From Gemmatimonadota bacterium (lineage in GTDB: Bacteria > Gemmatimonadota > Gemmatimonadetes > Palauibacterales > Palauibacteraceae): a stretch of 64,000 bases of DNA. The stretch is from NCBI GenBank assembly GCA_039585235.1, contig JBDGWG010000007.1, forward strand, positions 1 to 64,000, read 5' to 3'. Shown one piece after another: positions 50,801 to 60,612 of the stretch. Under the pieces are notes generated by a model, which saw only the letters and a list, made by a program, of their open reading frames with translations, searched no databases and was not told the DNA's origin. Made by a program: the position numbers and the translations under genes. Each line of letters starts with the position of its first letter. The first letter of the stretch is position 1.

Positions 50801-52161
50801 GCCTCCTCGATCCTCCGGGTCGCCTCCTCCTCGGATGCGATCCGCGCCGCCTCCTCCGTCCGACGCCGCTCTGCTTCCAGCTCGGCCGCCTCCCTGGCCG
50901 CACGGGCCGCTTCCGCCTGTCGGGCGGCCTCCTCCTCCGCGGCCTGTCGAGCGGCTTCCTGTTCCGCGACGCGCCGGGCTGCGTCGGCTTCCGTAGCCCG
51001 GAGAGCCTCCTCGAGCTCTGCCGCACGCCGTTCGGCCCTGCTCGCCGCCGTTCGAAGTTGCTCGAGGCCCAAAGCCAGCCGGTCGGCCTCCTTCTCGGCC
51101 TGCTTTGCGGCGGCCTCGGCCTCAAGCGCCGCGTCCTCGGCCCGGCGCCTCTCGGCTTCCGCCTGTTCGTCCTCTTCCTGCTCGAGCTCGGCGGTACGCT
51201 GGGCGGCTTGCTCCGCCGCGACCCGGGCCGATTCCAGTTCGGCTGCTTTGCGTGCCGCTTCCTTCACCGCCTTCTTCGCCGCCTTCTCCGCCTTCTGACG
51301 CTGCTCTCCGAGCTCGACGGCCGTCCTGGTCGCGGCCGCCACGATGGATCGTCGCGCGACTTCCTCGGCTAGCGGACCATAGAATCCGGGCGAGCTGCCA
51401 AACGGTCCGGGCGCCGCTTCGAGCCGCGACCCGCGGGCGTCCTCCGTCAATTCGAGCGCTGTCGACGTCTCGCGAACGACCGCCGCCTCCGTGCGCACGT
51501 TCGCCCAGTCGAGCACCGTCCGTCGTTCGCCGCTGCCAAGGGCCCGTGTGGCGACAACCTCGTAGAACGGCAATTGGAGAGAGGCCGACAAACCCTCGGA
51601 TGTCTGGCGGAAGAAACCCCCACGAGCATCCTCGGCGTCGCCGCCTACGACGATTGTGCTCTGCCACGGTTCACCGAAGTACTTCCGATGCGTATTGAGC
51701 ACGGCCCCCGACAGGGCTACGGGCTCGTCGGCGTGACGGAGATACCATCCGACGAGATTCCCCCGAAGCTTCGTGGCGCCTTGGCGGAGCTCGTCCCAGG
51801 CCTCCAGGGGAATCAGATCCTGAAGGTCATCGACGAGGGGGAGGGGGGAGGGGCACACCCCAGAGATGAGCACGTATCGCCGACCGGAATCGAGGTCCTC
51901 GCACAGGTCTCCAGCGAGCAGCCCGAACGCCTGTTCTTCGCCCTCACCCTCGCGAGCATGACCCAGGAGCTGCCTGAGAGCGCCCTGGGTGATGAAGATG
52001 TCGTACAGCGGTTCCGCGCAAGAGGCGGTCGTGCCCTCAGTGGGCTCCCAGGCGATGCTCCTCGGGAGGGGCTGCGGTACCGAGATGTGGACACGCTCCG
52101 CGCCGCCGCCGTTTCCGGCGGCATCCACCGTGAGGGTTCGTGTCTCGTTCTCGGTCGCCAT
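47857..52161 (-). CDS. giant membrane-anchored coiled-coil protein with degenerate MPN/JAMM-like N-terminal domain
   Basis: 1434 aa. The N-terminal ~230 aa contain 'NLVGWYLRHADEPVALSGAVLNTH', which parallels the JAMM 'VGWYHSHP...LSG.D..TQ' layout but loses the first His. The ~850-aa Ala/Glu/Arg/Lys-rich repeats are of the form AAELEAARR..AEEEAARQ. A TM segment 'NVAASIGIVAVAAFGA' is followed by a ~210-aa non-repetitive C-terminal domain. Confidence 0.7.
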   Translation of the reverse strand: MATENETRTLTVDAAGNGGGAERVHISVPQPLPRSIAWEPTEGTTASCAEPLYDIFITQGALRQLLGHAREGEGEEQAFGLLAGDLCEDLDSGRRYVLISGVCPSPLPLVDDLQDLIPLEAWDELRQGATKLRGNLVGWYLRHADEPVALSGAVLNTHRKYFGEPWQSTIVVGGDAEDARGGFFRQTSEGLSASLQLPFYEVVATRALGSGERRTVLDWANVRTEAAVVRETSTALELTEDARGSRLEAAPGPFGSSPGFYGPLAEEVARRSIVAAATRTAVELGEQRQKAEKAAKKAVKEAARKAAELESARVAAEQAAQRTAELEQEEDEQAEAERRRAEDAALEAEAAAKQAEKEADRLALGLEQLRTAASRAERRAAELEEALRATEADAARRVAEQEAARQAAEEEAARQAEAARAAREAAELEAERRRTEEAARIASEEEATRRIEEAQRDRQLAEAEAQRKAAELESTLEAAENTRQKAEQEAAHRAAELEVARTAAELEAERHARELATTLAEAKAARQAAEGEAARRTAELEAARRETEERAERQAAELKATLEAAEANRQDAEAEAVQRAAELEAARRKAREEAERQAAELQATLDAAEAARKAAEEEAATRTAELNAARKAAEAEAARTAAELNATLEAAEAARQAAEEEAARRTAELEAARRTAEDEAARQASEAADAIRAAETEAAKRAAEAEAAREAAEREALRRQAESEAHEEAISEAVRRVTALESARKAAEAEAARWASEAETARKEAEKEAALRTVELEAMRQAVVEARQAAERDAERRAAEVEEARQAAEELERRADDAEAAQILAEAEAERHRSEEALRREAEEEAMQKAAELESAREAAEQEAARRAVEVDAARKQAEEEADRREAEAEARRAAEDEAARITTELDETRQTAEAQATRQTAEAEAALKAAKREAARRRNEEAARREAEISAAGRAAELEAARQAAVAEAERMAEEAASAVEAARVEAERREAAEKESAQKSLQLEAARQAAEDAVRQASEKRAEKEAIQEQAALETEEDEAALRETEERIAQEASDLEKAREAAEERSAVLAAEAEDAWRSARMESDRRRKAESEAAGQVAEFKAARLAAEEEAARMATKARKVAEVAREEVSRLRMERKALEQTVALRGAELEAIRQTTAKEVERRRDAELSRAEEAAARAKAEEAARQVSVNRARREVVEADAKKAEEEDAAVLEREAEARRAEQETEMEAARKRRRQRWVSAARQAGNVAASIGIVAVAAFGANRMFRPPDFDWQSSLPGVRTDGSSGKPTVAGVDDGTARADSVETRGSQPVVLSPDFESEFPGIQYPEIVPAGIDPRILVLDALADSADGAMVSFRNFAMQFESGIAGCDKLKEAYVAVDSRWVAYVVTGVSRMEVDLDEERAARHTDLTRDKQRIELSYEVTGCPIP
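48600..51300 (-). repeat. in-frame degenerate tandem coding repeats (coiled-coil array) generating antisense pseudo-ORFs
   Basis: Recurrent units such as gcggcttccgcctcggc / cgagctcggcggcacg are visible across this range. The plus-strand ORFs here are Ser/Ala/Arg homopolymer-like. Confidence 0.7.
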
Positions 52162-52414
52162 CTCAGGAATACCGCACTCCTATCGTCCCTCTCCATGGCA
52201 CGGCGCCTGCCGAAATGCCGCACTCGTCCGTGGACGGAAACAGCAAGTGCCGTTCCATCCTGAGCGTCATGTTCGGGCAACGCTCTAGGTGCATAAGTCC
52301 GGCACGAACGCAGGATCCAACCGGGAGGCTCTGACGGGCCAGGTGTGAAATAGCGTGTGAATCAGGCGAAATCTGGCGAATAGCGGAAGCCCTGGAACCG
52401 TCCGCCGGCGCAGC

Positions 52415-52711
52415 TCACGCTGCGTTTCGACGGGCTTCCTCCGAGATCAGAACGTCTACCAGCTCTGCGATCGCCTCGGCCGGCCGATCGAGACCGGGCT
52501 CCTCCCGATGGAGCTCCTCGATGCGCTCGAAGATGATTTGAGCGACGGTGAGCTCGAGGTATGGGATGGACCGGGCCTGAGCCGCGAAGTCCTCGTAGTC
52601 GTCGTCGCGAGCGGCCTCGAGGAGGTGCAGCACGCAACGAGGCAGAGAGCCCTGGCCCTTTTCGAGAGCTCCGGTCCAGTAGGTCGTCCAGTCGTAGAAC
52701 GCGACCTGCAT
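52415..52711 (-). CDS. small acidic cytoplasmic protein (hypothetical), immediately upstream of the giant gene
   Basis: ATG at 52711 (MQVAFYDWTTYWTGALEKGQ...). 98 aa, same strand as the giant gene and 5' to it. Confidence 0.4.
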   Translation of the reverse strand: MQVAFYDWTTYWTGALEKGQGSLPRCVLHLLEAARDDDYEDFAAQARSIPYLELTVAQIIFERIEELHREEPGLDRPAEAIAELVDVLISEEARRNAA

Positions 52712-52983
52712 GCCACCCTCCTCGCTGAGTGTCGCCCACTCTCTGCGCTGAGTATTCGCAAGACCCGCTCCGGTCGGCGACACAACTGCGCGTGCCCACA
52801 GTCACGCGGGTTTCGTGCCCTTCGCGGGCGCGCGCAAGTATGTGGGCCCGATCAGCGACCGCCGCAATCCGGCCGTGGTTCTTGCAATTCCCCCGGGTCG
52901 GCCCGCCGGCCGGAGCACCTTCGCAAGCGGGGGCGTCAACCCGTCGATTGCCGGCCCTTCGCTGCCGGGCTACCGTCTGTCGC

Positions 52984-55068
52984 ATGCCCAACCGTCTGAT
53001 TCACGAGAAAAGCCCCTACCTACTCCAGCACGCGCACAATCCCGTGGACTGGTATCCGTGGGGAGAGGAAGCGTTTGCCGCGGCGCGCGAGCTGGACCGG
53101 CCGATCTTCCTCTCGATCGGGTATGCCACGTGTCACTGGTGTCACGTGATGGAGCACGAGTCGTTCGAGGATCCGGAGGTGGCTCGCCTGCTGAACGAGG
53201 CGTTCGTCAACATCAAGGTCGACCGGGAAGAACGCCCCGACATCGACGGGATCTACATGACGGTCGCGCAGCTCACGACCGGGCACGGCGGCTGGCCCCT
53301 GACGATCCTCATGACGGCCGGTCGGATCCCGTTTCTCGCCGCCACGTACATTCCGCGAGAGGACCGCCACGGTCGGGTGGGGATGGTCAACCTGGTTCCG
53401 CGGATCCGCCACGCGTGGGAGGAAGACCGATCGGCCCTCCTCGATTCAGCCACCTTGATACAGCAGCGCCTCGAGAGTATGGCAGCCGCCGACCTCGGGG
53501 GACGCTCCCTCGGGATGGACGTGCTGCGGCAGGGGTTCAGCGAACTGGCCGCGTCCTTCGACCGGGAGCACGCGGGCTTCGGATCGGCGCCGAAGTTCCC
53601 CACTCCGCACCGTCTGTTGTTCCTCCTGCGCTACTGGGAGCGAACCGACGTGGCGCAGGCGCGTGACATGGTCGAGCAAACCCTCGACTCTCTCCGCGCC
53701 GGTGGGGTGTTCGACCAGGTCGGTTTCGGCTTCCACCGCTATTCGACGGATCGCGAGTGGCTTCTCCCCCACTTCGAGAAGATGCTCTACGACCAGGCGA
53801 TGCTGATGCTGGCGTACACGGAATCCTTCGAGGCGGAACCGACGCCAGGCAGGGAGTCCGTCATCCGGGAGATCGCCGAGTACGTGCTGCGTGACCTCAC
53901 CTCGTCGGAGGGGGCCTTCTATTCGGCCGAAGACGCGGATAGCGAGGGCGAAGAAGGCAGGTTCTATGTATGGGCGCTCGACGAGGTGCAATCGGTCCTG
54001 GACGAGAACGAGGCTCGCGTTGCTATCGACGCATGGAGTCTGGAACAGGGAGGGAACTACCGGGACGAAGCGACCGGCGAAGCCACGGGCCTGAATATTC
54101 CCCACCTGCGGCTTACGGCCGGGACGATCGCGACCGATCCGGAGATCGTGCCAGGTCAGGAAGCGGACCTCCTCGAGTCGGCACGCGCCAGGCTGTTCAC
54201 TCGCCGCGAGGGGCGCGTTCGACCCCTGCTCGACGACAAGGTCCTCACCGATTGGAACGGCCTCATGATCGCCGGGCTGGCGCGGGCGGGACGGGCGCTC
54301 GACGACCCGTCGCTCGTGGACGCGGCCCGCCGGGCAGCGGCGTTCGTGCATCGGGAGATGCGGAGCGAGGACGAGCTGCTGCACCGGTATCGGGACGGGG
54401 AGGCGGCAATCCCGGCCAACCTCGACGACTACGCGTTCCTGGCGTGGGGGGAGACCGAGCTTCATCAGGCCACCCTGGAGGCGGAGCACCTGCGTCGCGC
54501 GCTTGACCTCACCGACGCGATGGTCAGGCGTTTCCATGACGCGGAGCGCGGCGGCTTCTTCTTCAGTCCGGAGGGGAAGGCGGACCTGATCGTCCGCCGG
54601 AAGGAAGTGTACGACGGCGCGGTTCCGTCCGGAAACTCGGTCGCCCTGTTCAATCTCCTGCGGCTGGCTCGACTCACCGGTCGGACGGACTACGAGGAGC
54701 TGGCGGCGGAGACTTCGGCGGCGTTCTCGCGCCAGGTCGCCTCGCAGCCTTCCGCGTTCACGTTCTTCCTGTCGGCACTCGACATGGCCATCGGTCCTTC
54801 GCAGGAGCTCGTGATCGTCGGAGATCCGAACGCCGGGGACACTCGCGCGCTCGTGGCGGTGGCGCGTGAGGGATATCGTTCGAACCGGGTCGTGCTGCTG
54901 CGGCCGCCGGGGACGGCAGGCGCCACGATCACCGACCTGGCTCCGTTCACGAGAGAATTCGGTCTGCTGGACGGCCGCGCCGCCGCCTACCTGTGCACCG
55001 GGTTCGCGTGTGAGCGGCCCGTGTCAGAACCGGACGCCCTGCGTGACCTGATCCGAAACGCCTTCTGA
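52984..55068 (+). CDS. yyaL: thioredoxin-domain protein YyaL (DUF255 + six-hairpin glycosidase-like)
   Basis: '[23 protein letters not shown]...[21 protein letters not shown]' is the DUF255/thioredoxin-like N-terminus. Confidence 0.85.
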   Translation: MPNRLIHEKSPYLLQHAHNPVDWYPWGEEAFAAARELDRPIFLSIGYATCHWCHVMEHESFEDPEVARLLNEAFVNIKVDREERPDIDGIYMTVAQLTTGHGGWPLTILMTAGRIPFLAATYIPREDRHGRVGMVNLVPRIRHAWEEDRSALLDSATLIQQRLESMAAADLGGRSLGMDVLRQGFSELAASFDREHAGFGSAPKFPTPHRLLFLLRYWERTDVAQARDMVEQTLDSLRAGGVFDQVGFGFHRYSTDREWLLPHFEKMLYDQAMLMLAYTESFEAEPTPGRESVIREIAEYVLRDLTSSEGAFYSAEDADSEGEEGRFYVWALDEVQSVLDENEARVAIDAWSLEQGGNYRDEATGEATGLNIPHLRLTAGTIATDPEIVPGQEADLLESARARLFTRREGRVRPLLDDKVLTDWNGLMIAGLARAGRALDDPSLVDAARRAAAFVHREMRSEDELLHRYRDGEAAIPANLDDYAFLAWGETELHQATLEAEHLRRALDLTDAMVRRFHDAERGGFFFSPEGKADLIVRRKEVYDGAVPSGNSVALFNLLRLARLTGRTDYEELAAETSAAFSRQVASQPSAFTFFLSALDMAIGPSQELVIVGDPNAGDTRALVAVAREGYRSNRVVLLRPPGTAGATITDLAPFTREFGLLDGRAAAYLCTGFACERPVSEPDALRDLIRNAF

Positions 55069-55207
55069 CCGATAGAGGATGGCCTCCCGCTCCGCGCGGG
55101 CACGCGAATTCTTTCGGTCGTGCATCAGCTGCGGGGCCAATACATTGTCGAAGCCGCTCGGCCTCGTCCGGCCGACGACTTGGGCCGAAGGACCCGGGAG
55201 AGTCTGG

Positions 55208-56113
55208 ATGGAACGATACCTGGACGTGCGCGTCGAAGTGGCCGCTGCGCTGGCCACCGGTCGGCCCGTGGTGGCCCTCGAGTCGACCGTGTACGCGCAC
55301 GGCCTTCCCCGCCCCGTCAACCTCCGCGCGGCTGCCGCGATGGAGGAAGCCGTCCGTGAAGAGGGGGCAGTACCCGCCACGATCGGCCTGCTGCGCGGGC
55401 GGGCGATCATCGGGCTTACGTCGGACGAAATCGAGGAGCTGGCGGTAGGGCTGCACGTGGCCAAGGCCAGCGTCACGGACATCGCGCCCTTGATCGCGGC
55501 CGGCCTCCCGGGTGCGACGACCGTTGCTGGCACGGCCGCACTGGCGAGCAGCGCCGGGATTCTGGTCATGTCAACGGGAGGCATCGGGGGCGTGCACCGG
55601 GGGGGAGAGTCGAGCCTCGACGTATCGGCCGACCTCGCGGAGCTGGCGAGGACGCCGATCGCCGTAGTGTGTGCGGGAGCCAAGTCCGTCCTCGACATCG
55701 GGCGCACGCTCGAGGTGCTCGAGACCCTGGGCGTGCCCGTCGTGGGATATGGAACGGACGAGTTCCCCGCCTTCTATTCCTCCGAGAGCGGTCTATCGCT
55801 CGAGCATCGGGCCGACGATCCACGGGAAGTGGCCACGATCCTGGGGGTGCAGAGCGCGCTGAAAAGGCGGCAAGGAGTCCTCGTGGTTCAGCCTCCGTCA
55901 CCCGAATCCGAGATTCTGCGTGTCGAAGTGGAACGGTGGATCGAGATCGCCCTGCAGGAGGCGGAGCGGGCGGGAATCTCGGGCAAGGACGTCACGCCGT
56001 TCCTGCTTCAAAGCGTGTCGCGATCCAGCGAGGGGCTCTCACTCGAGACCAACCTGGCGCTTCTGGACGCCAACGCCCGGCTGGCCGCCCGGATCGCCGC
56101 GGAGCTGGCTTGA
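55208..56113 (+). CDS. psuG: pseudouridine-5'-phosphate glycosidase
   Basis: 'VVALESTVYAHGLPRP', 'MSTGGIGGVHRG', and 'DVSADLAELARTPIAVVCAGAKSVLDIGRTLEVLETLGVPVVGY' are PsuG/IndA blocks. ATG at 55208. Confidence 0.85.
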   Translation: MERYLDVRVEVAAALATGRPVVALESTVYAHGLPRPVNLRAAAAMEEAVREEGAVPATIGLLRGRAIIGLTSDEIEELAVGLHVAKASVTDIAPLIAAGLPGATTVAGTAALASSAGILVMSTGGIGGVHRGGESSLDVSADLAELARTPIAVVCAGAKSVLDIGRTLEVLETLGVPVVGYGTDEFPAFYSSESGLSLEHRADDPREVATILGVQSALKRRQGVLVVQPPSPESEILRVEVERWIEIALQEAERAGISGKDVTPFLLQSVSRSSEGLSLETNLALLDANARLAARIAAELA

Positions 56114-56164
56114 GGACAGTGCCCGACTCTGTGCGGCATGCCCGCATCGCCGGGACGATGCCTC

Positions 56165-57616
56165 ATGCCTGACTCCCGACATCTTACACTTCTGACCGGT
56201 GCCACCGGCTATGTCGGCGGCCGCTTGCTGGTGGCACTGGAGCGTGCCGGAGTGAGCGTTCGCTGCCTCGCGCGCAAGCCGGAATACCTCCGGGGCCGTG
56301 TCGCGGATGGTACCGAAGTGGTGCTTGGCGACGTTCTCGACCGTGCCAGCCTTGCCGCAGCCATGAGAGGAGTCGGGACCGCCTACTACCTCGTGCACTC
56401 GATGGACGATGACGGCGACTTCGAGGAGTTGGAGCAGAGAGCTGCGCGGGTTTTCGGGCAGGCCGCCCGCGAGGCCGGAGTCGAAAGGATCATCTATCTG
56501 GGAGGTCTCGGTTCCGGAGACGATCTCTCGGCGCACCTGGCGAGTCGGCAGGAGGTCGGCAGGGTCCTGAGCCAGTCGGGCGTGCCCACACTGGAGCTTC
56601 GCGCCTCCATCATCATCGGTTCCGGGAGCCTCTCTTTCGAGATGATCCGGGCCCTGGTGCAGAAGCTTCCCGTCATGACGACGCCGGGGTGGGTGCGGGT
56701 GCTGGCGCAGCCGATCGCCATCGAAGACGTGGTGGCCTATTTGATCGAGGCCCGCACCGTGCCACTGGAACGCAGCCGCGTACTCGAGATCGGCGGGGCG
56801 GACGTAGTGAGTTACGGCGACATCATGCGCGAGTACGCTCGCCAGCGAGGGCTGTGGCGGATCATGATTCCCGTCCCGGTGCTAACGCCGGCCATCTCGA
56901 GTCTGTGGCTCGGACTCGTGACTCCGCTCTACGCGCGCGTCGGACGAAAGCTCATCGAAGGCGTGCGAAACCCGACCGTGGTCGAGGATCCATCCGCCGC
57001 GAACGTATTTAGCGTTCGTCCTCGCGGGATGTCCGAAGCCATATCGCGGGCTCTGGCGAACGAGGATCGGAGGTTCGCGTCCACGCGGTGGTCCGACGCG
57101 GACTTCGCCAACGGACAGCATGCGCGGCGGGGCCAGCGATACGGGAGGCGGATCGTCGACAGCCAGTCTCTGCGGGTCGGCCGGTCAGCGCGCGAAGTTT
57201 TCGAGCCAGTACGTCGCATCGGTGGGGACGTCGGTTGGTACTACGGCGATGCGCTGTGGAGAATACGCGGCTTCCTGGATCGGCTGGCTGGCGGGCCGGG
57301 CCTGCGGAGAGGCCGTCGAGACCCGGCCGATCTCCGCCCGGGCGACGCCCTCGACTTCTGGCGTGTCGAGGCGTACGAGCCGGGCCAGCTGCTCACGCTT
57401 CGTTCGGAGATGAAGCTCCCGGGTCGGGCGTGGCTCCAGTTCGAAGTCGAGCCCGATGGCGGCGAGTCCATCCTGACCCAGACCGCCGTGTTCGATCCGG
57501 TCGGGCTGACAGGCCTGCTCTACTGGTACTGCCTGCTCCCGATTCACGCCTTGATGTTCCGCCGCATGCTCCGAAACGTGGCGCGGGCTGGCAGCGGAGA
57601 GCCTTTCTCCGGATAG
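56165..57616 (+). CDS. YbjT-like NAD-dependent epimerase/dehydratase fused to DUF2867
   Basis: 'LTLLTGATGYVGGRLL' Rossmann motif. The C-terminal ~150 aa are DUF2867-like. Confidence 0.75.
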   Translation: MPDSRHLTLLTGATGYVGGRLLVALERAGVSVRCLARKPEYLRGRVADGTEVVLGDVLDRASLAAAMRGVGTAYYLVHSMDDDGDFEELEQRAARVFGQAAREAGVERIIYLGGLGSGDDLSAHLASRQEVGRVLSQSGVPTLELRASIIIGSGSLSFEMIRALVQKLPVMTTPGWVRVLAQPIAIEDVVAYLIEARTVPLERSRVLEIGGADVVSYGDIMREYARQRGLWRIMIPVPVLTPAISSLWLGLVTPLYARVGRKLIEGVRNPTVVEDPSAANVFSVRPRGMSEAISRALANEDRRFASTRWSDADFANGQHARRGQRYGRRIVDSQSLRVGRSAREVFEPVRRIGGDVGWYYGDALWRIRGFLDRLAGGPGLRRGRRDPADLRPGDALDFWRVEAYEPGQLLTLRSEMKLPGRAWLQFEVEPDGGESILTQTAVFDPVGLTGLLYWYCLLPIHALMFRRMLRNVARAGSGEPFSG

Positions 57617-57731
57617 CTGCCCGGCGCATGTTGACGGGCGCCCGACACCGTCCGGGTCACGTGGGGATTCCGGGAAGAGGAGTTCAAGCGCGTCGAACAA
57701 TGAAGCGTGAGCCTCTTCCTCCGATCGCCGC

Positions 57732-59924
57732 TCAGCCCAGGTCCTGACCCTCCAGCGGCAGGTTGTGGATCCGCTTGCCCGTGGCAGCGAAGATGGCGTT
57801 GGTCACGGCCGGCATCGTCGGCGGCACACCGGGCTCCCCGATGCCCGTCGGAACGGTCCCGGTCTGGATGATCCGCAGGTTGATCCTCGGCATCTCCTCC
57901 ATGCGGACCACCGGGTAGTCGTTGAAGTTCCCCTGCTCGACCGCGCCCTCGCGCAGCGTGATCTTCCCGTACTTCGCCAGCGAAAGGCCCATGGCCACCG
58001 CGCCCTGCATCTGCGCTTCGACGGCATCCGGATTCACGACCGGGCCACAATCGATCGCGACGTCCACCTGGTGCACCGTCAGCTCGCCAGCATCCGATAC
58101 CGAAACGTCGGCGACCATCGCGGCGTAGCTGAAGAAGCTGAAATGCATGGCGAAACCTAGGCCGCGGCGCTCCGGCATCTGCCTGCCCCAACCGGCCATC
58201 TCGGCGGCCGCCTCACCCACGGCCCGGAGCCGCCCCGTATCGAACGGGTACGGGCTGTTCGGATCATCTTCCCTCTCCAGGATCCGCCGCGCGCCGAGCA
58301 TGTCCATCTGGAACTCGAACGGATCCCGCCCGACCTCGTGCGCGAGCTCGTCCATGAAGCCCTGGATGGCCTGCGCGTGGAAGGTGTTGCATACGGAGCG
58401 GAGCCAACCGACGCGTACGCTCGACGGCACGCCGGCCGCTTCGAGACGGATGTTGGGGAACCGGTACGGCATCGTCGTCAGTCCCTGGGTCAGCTCGCCT
58501 TCCGAGGGAGGAGATCTTCGATTCAGGAAAGACCACCCGATGCCGGGAAACACCGTCCGGTGGAACCATCCCGTCGGGGTACCTTCCGCGTCCAGCGTGG
58601 CCCGCAGCACCTGGTAGCTCTCGGCCCTGTAGAACCCGTGGCGGATCTCGTCCTCCCGGGTCCACAACACCTTGACCGGGCGCCCCGTCTTCTGGGCCAG
58701 GAGGGCTGCTTCGACCGCGTAATCCGGCTTCGACTTCCGACCGAAGCCTCCGCCTACGAGGGTCACGTGCACCTTCACGTTCTCGTTCGGAACGCCGAGC
58801 GCCCCGGCGACCTCGCGCACCGTCCACTGCGGCCCCTGGGTGGCGGACCACACCTCACAGCGATCGCCTTCGACCTGTGCCGTGCAGGCCGGGGGCTCCA
58901 TCATGGCGTGCACCGCGTAGGGGGCGTGGTACGTGGCCTCGATCACGCGATCCGCCGCCGCCTCCGCCGCGTCGAAGTCACCTTCGGCCCTCGCCACCCT
59001 GCCGGGCAGTGACGCGACGCGCTCGAACTCCCCGCGCCACTCGCTGCTGGTCTCCGTGGCCAGGGGGCCGGGTTCCCACTCGATGCCGAGGGCAGCCCGG
59101 CCCTGCATCGCCGCCCACGTGTTCGTGGCCAAGACCGCGACGCCCGCGTTCGTGAGGCCCGTCGAATTCGCCTCGAGCTCCACCACGTCCACGACGTCCC
59201 GAACGGCGAGCGCTGCGTCCGCATCGAAGCTCTGGACCGCACCCTTCGGAACCGGACTGCGCTCGACACTGGCGATGAGGAGGTCGGGCAGCTCGACGTC
59301 GTACCCGTAGGTAGCCTCGCCGCGCACGATGTCCTCCGTGTCCAGGAGGCGTTGGGGAGTCCCGATGAGCTTGAAGTCCGCCGGGTCCTTGAGGGGCGGT
59401 CGGGCGGGCACGGGCAGCTCCGCTGCTTCAGCCGCGAGCTCTCCGTAGGTCAGGCGATCAGAGCCATGCAGAACGGCCCCGGACTCCGTCCGGCAGTCCG
59501 CGGCCAATACACTCCACCGGCGTGCCGCGGCTTCCACGAGCATTTGCCTGGCCGCCGCGCCAGCTTGCCTCAGGGGCACCCAGTTGAGGCGAACGGTGGT
59601 GCTGCCCGATGTGGCCTGCCGGCCGTACTTGGGGTCCGCCAGTGCCTGCACGACCTTCACGTCGGCCAGGTCCACGTCGAGTTCTTCGGAGAGCAGCATG
59701 CAGCACGCCGTCTTGCCGCCTTGTCCCATCTCCGTGCGGTGCACGGTCAGCTGAACCACGCCGTCTTCGCCGATGGCCACGAACACGTTCGGCTCGAAGA
59801 ACTGTGCGTCGGCTGCCTCGCCCCGCACGCCCGGAAAAGCGGCCCGGCCGCTACGCACGCCCAGGATCAGCGCCGATCCGGCCAGTCCCGTCGTCTGGAC
59901 GAAGCTGCGCCGCGATACCTTCAT
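57732..59924 (-). CDS. xanthine dehydrogenase-family molybdopterin-binding subunit (IorB/aldehyde oxidoreductase-like), Tat signal
   Basis: ATG at 59924. 'MKVSRRSFVQTTGLAGSALILG' twin-arginine signal. Large MoCo-binding domain. Confidence 0.8.
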   Translation of the reverse strand: MKVSRRSFVQTTGLAGSALILGVRSGRAAFPGVRGEAADAQFFEPNVFVAIGEDGVVQLTVHRTEMGQGGKTACCMLLSEELDVDLADVKVVQALADPKYGRQATSGSTTVRLNWVPLRQAGAAARQMLVEAAARRWSVLAADCRTESGAVLHGSDRLTYGELAAEAAELPVPARPPLKDPADFKLIGTPQRLLDTEDIVRGEATYGYDVELPDLLIASVERSPVPKGAVQSFDADAALAVRDVVDVVELEANSTGLTNAGVAVLATNTWAAMQGRAALGIEWEPGPLATETSSEWRGEFERVASLPGRVARAEGDFDAAEAAADRVIEATYHAPYAVHAMMEPPACTAQVEGDRCEVWSATQGPQWTVREVAGALGVPNENVKVHVTLVGGGFGRKSKPDYAVEAALLAQKTGRPVKVLWTREDEIRHGFYRAESYQVLRATLDAEGTPTGWFHRTVFPGIGWSFLNRRSPPSEGELTQGLTTMPYRFPNIRLEAAGVPSSVRVGWLRSVCNTFHAQAIQGFMDELAHEVGRDPFEFQMDMLGARRILEREDDPNSPYPFDTGRLRAVGEAAAEMAGWGRQMPERRGLGFAMHFSFFSYAAMVADVSVSDAGELTVHQVDVAIDCGPVVNPDAVEAQMQGAVAMGLSLAKYGKITLREGAVEQGNFNDYPVVRMEEMPRINLRIIQTGTVPTGIGEPGVPPTMPAVTNAIFAATGKRIHNLPLEGQDLG

Positions 59925-59932
59925 CACGCCGC

Positions 59933-60394
59933 TCACGACGTACTCCCTTGGGCCGCAAGGCGAATCGCCTCCCGAATCCCCAGGTAGGTACCGCAGCGGC
60001 ATATGTTACCCGACATGGCGGCATCAATCTCGTCGTCCGTCGGATTCGGAGTACGTTCCAGAAGGGCCACGGCGCTCATGATCTGGCCCGGGTGGCAGTA
60101 TCCGCACTGGGGCGTATTCGCTTCGAACCACGCGATCTGCACCGGGTGCATCTCGTCCCCGCTGGCCAGGCCCTCGATCGTCGTCACGGCCTTTCGGCCC
60201 ACCGATCCAACGGTGGTCAGGCACGAGCGTACGGGCTCTCCGTCCAGGTGCACGGTACACGAGCCACACAGGCCCGCGCCGCACCCGTACTTCGTGCCCT
60301 TGAGTCCCAGGAGGTCGCGAAGCGCCCACAGAAGGGGCATGGCCGGATCGGCGTCGACCGTCCGTCGCTCGCCGTTGACGAGAAGAGTGATCAT
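59933..60394 (-). CDS. (2Fe-2S)-binding small subunit of the molybdo-oxidoreductase
   Basis: '[11 protein letters not shown]' and 'QCGYCHPG...CRCGTY' are 2Fe-2S motifs. Confidence 0.85.
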   Translation of the reverse strand: MITLLVNGERRTVDADPAMPLLWALRDLLGLKGTKYGCGAGLCGSCTVHLDGEPVRSCLTTVGSVGRKAVTTIEGLASGDEMHPVQIAWFEANTPQCGYCHPGQIMSAVALLERTPNPTDDEIDAAMSGNICRCGTYLGIREAIRLAAQGSTS

Positions 60395-60612
60395 GGGTCT
60401 CTCCGACGCGCAGTGCGGGATGGGAGGAGACGACCGGGTGAAACTAATCGTCGATGGCGGGACGAGCCAACCGAGCCGCGCGCCGGTGACAAGACTTTCC
60501 GGGTGACAAGTGGCCGGCGACGAGGCATCTTGCGCGTGCCAACCACGGCCAGTGTGTCGGGATGGGTGGTAGACGGTGAAAGGTCGTTATTGATATGTCT
60601 TTGGAGGAAACC

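Noticed and set aside
48325-51698. Multiple long plus-strand ORFs (200-315 aa) rich in Ser/Ala/Arg/Pro runs
   Set aside because: They lie antisense to the giant coiled-coil gene, and their composition is a mirror artefact of its GC-rich repeats. They have no start context or domain content.
57673-57717. Possible hairpin after the ybjT-like gene (GGAAGAGG ... CCTCTTCC)
   Set aside because: The 8-bp stem with ~29-nt loop is too weak to call a terminator.
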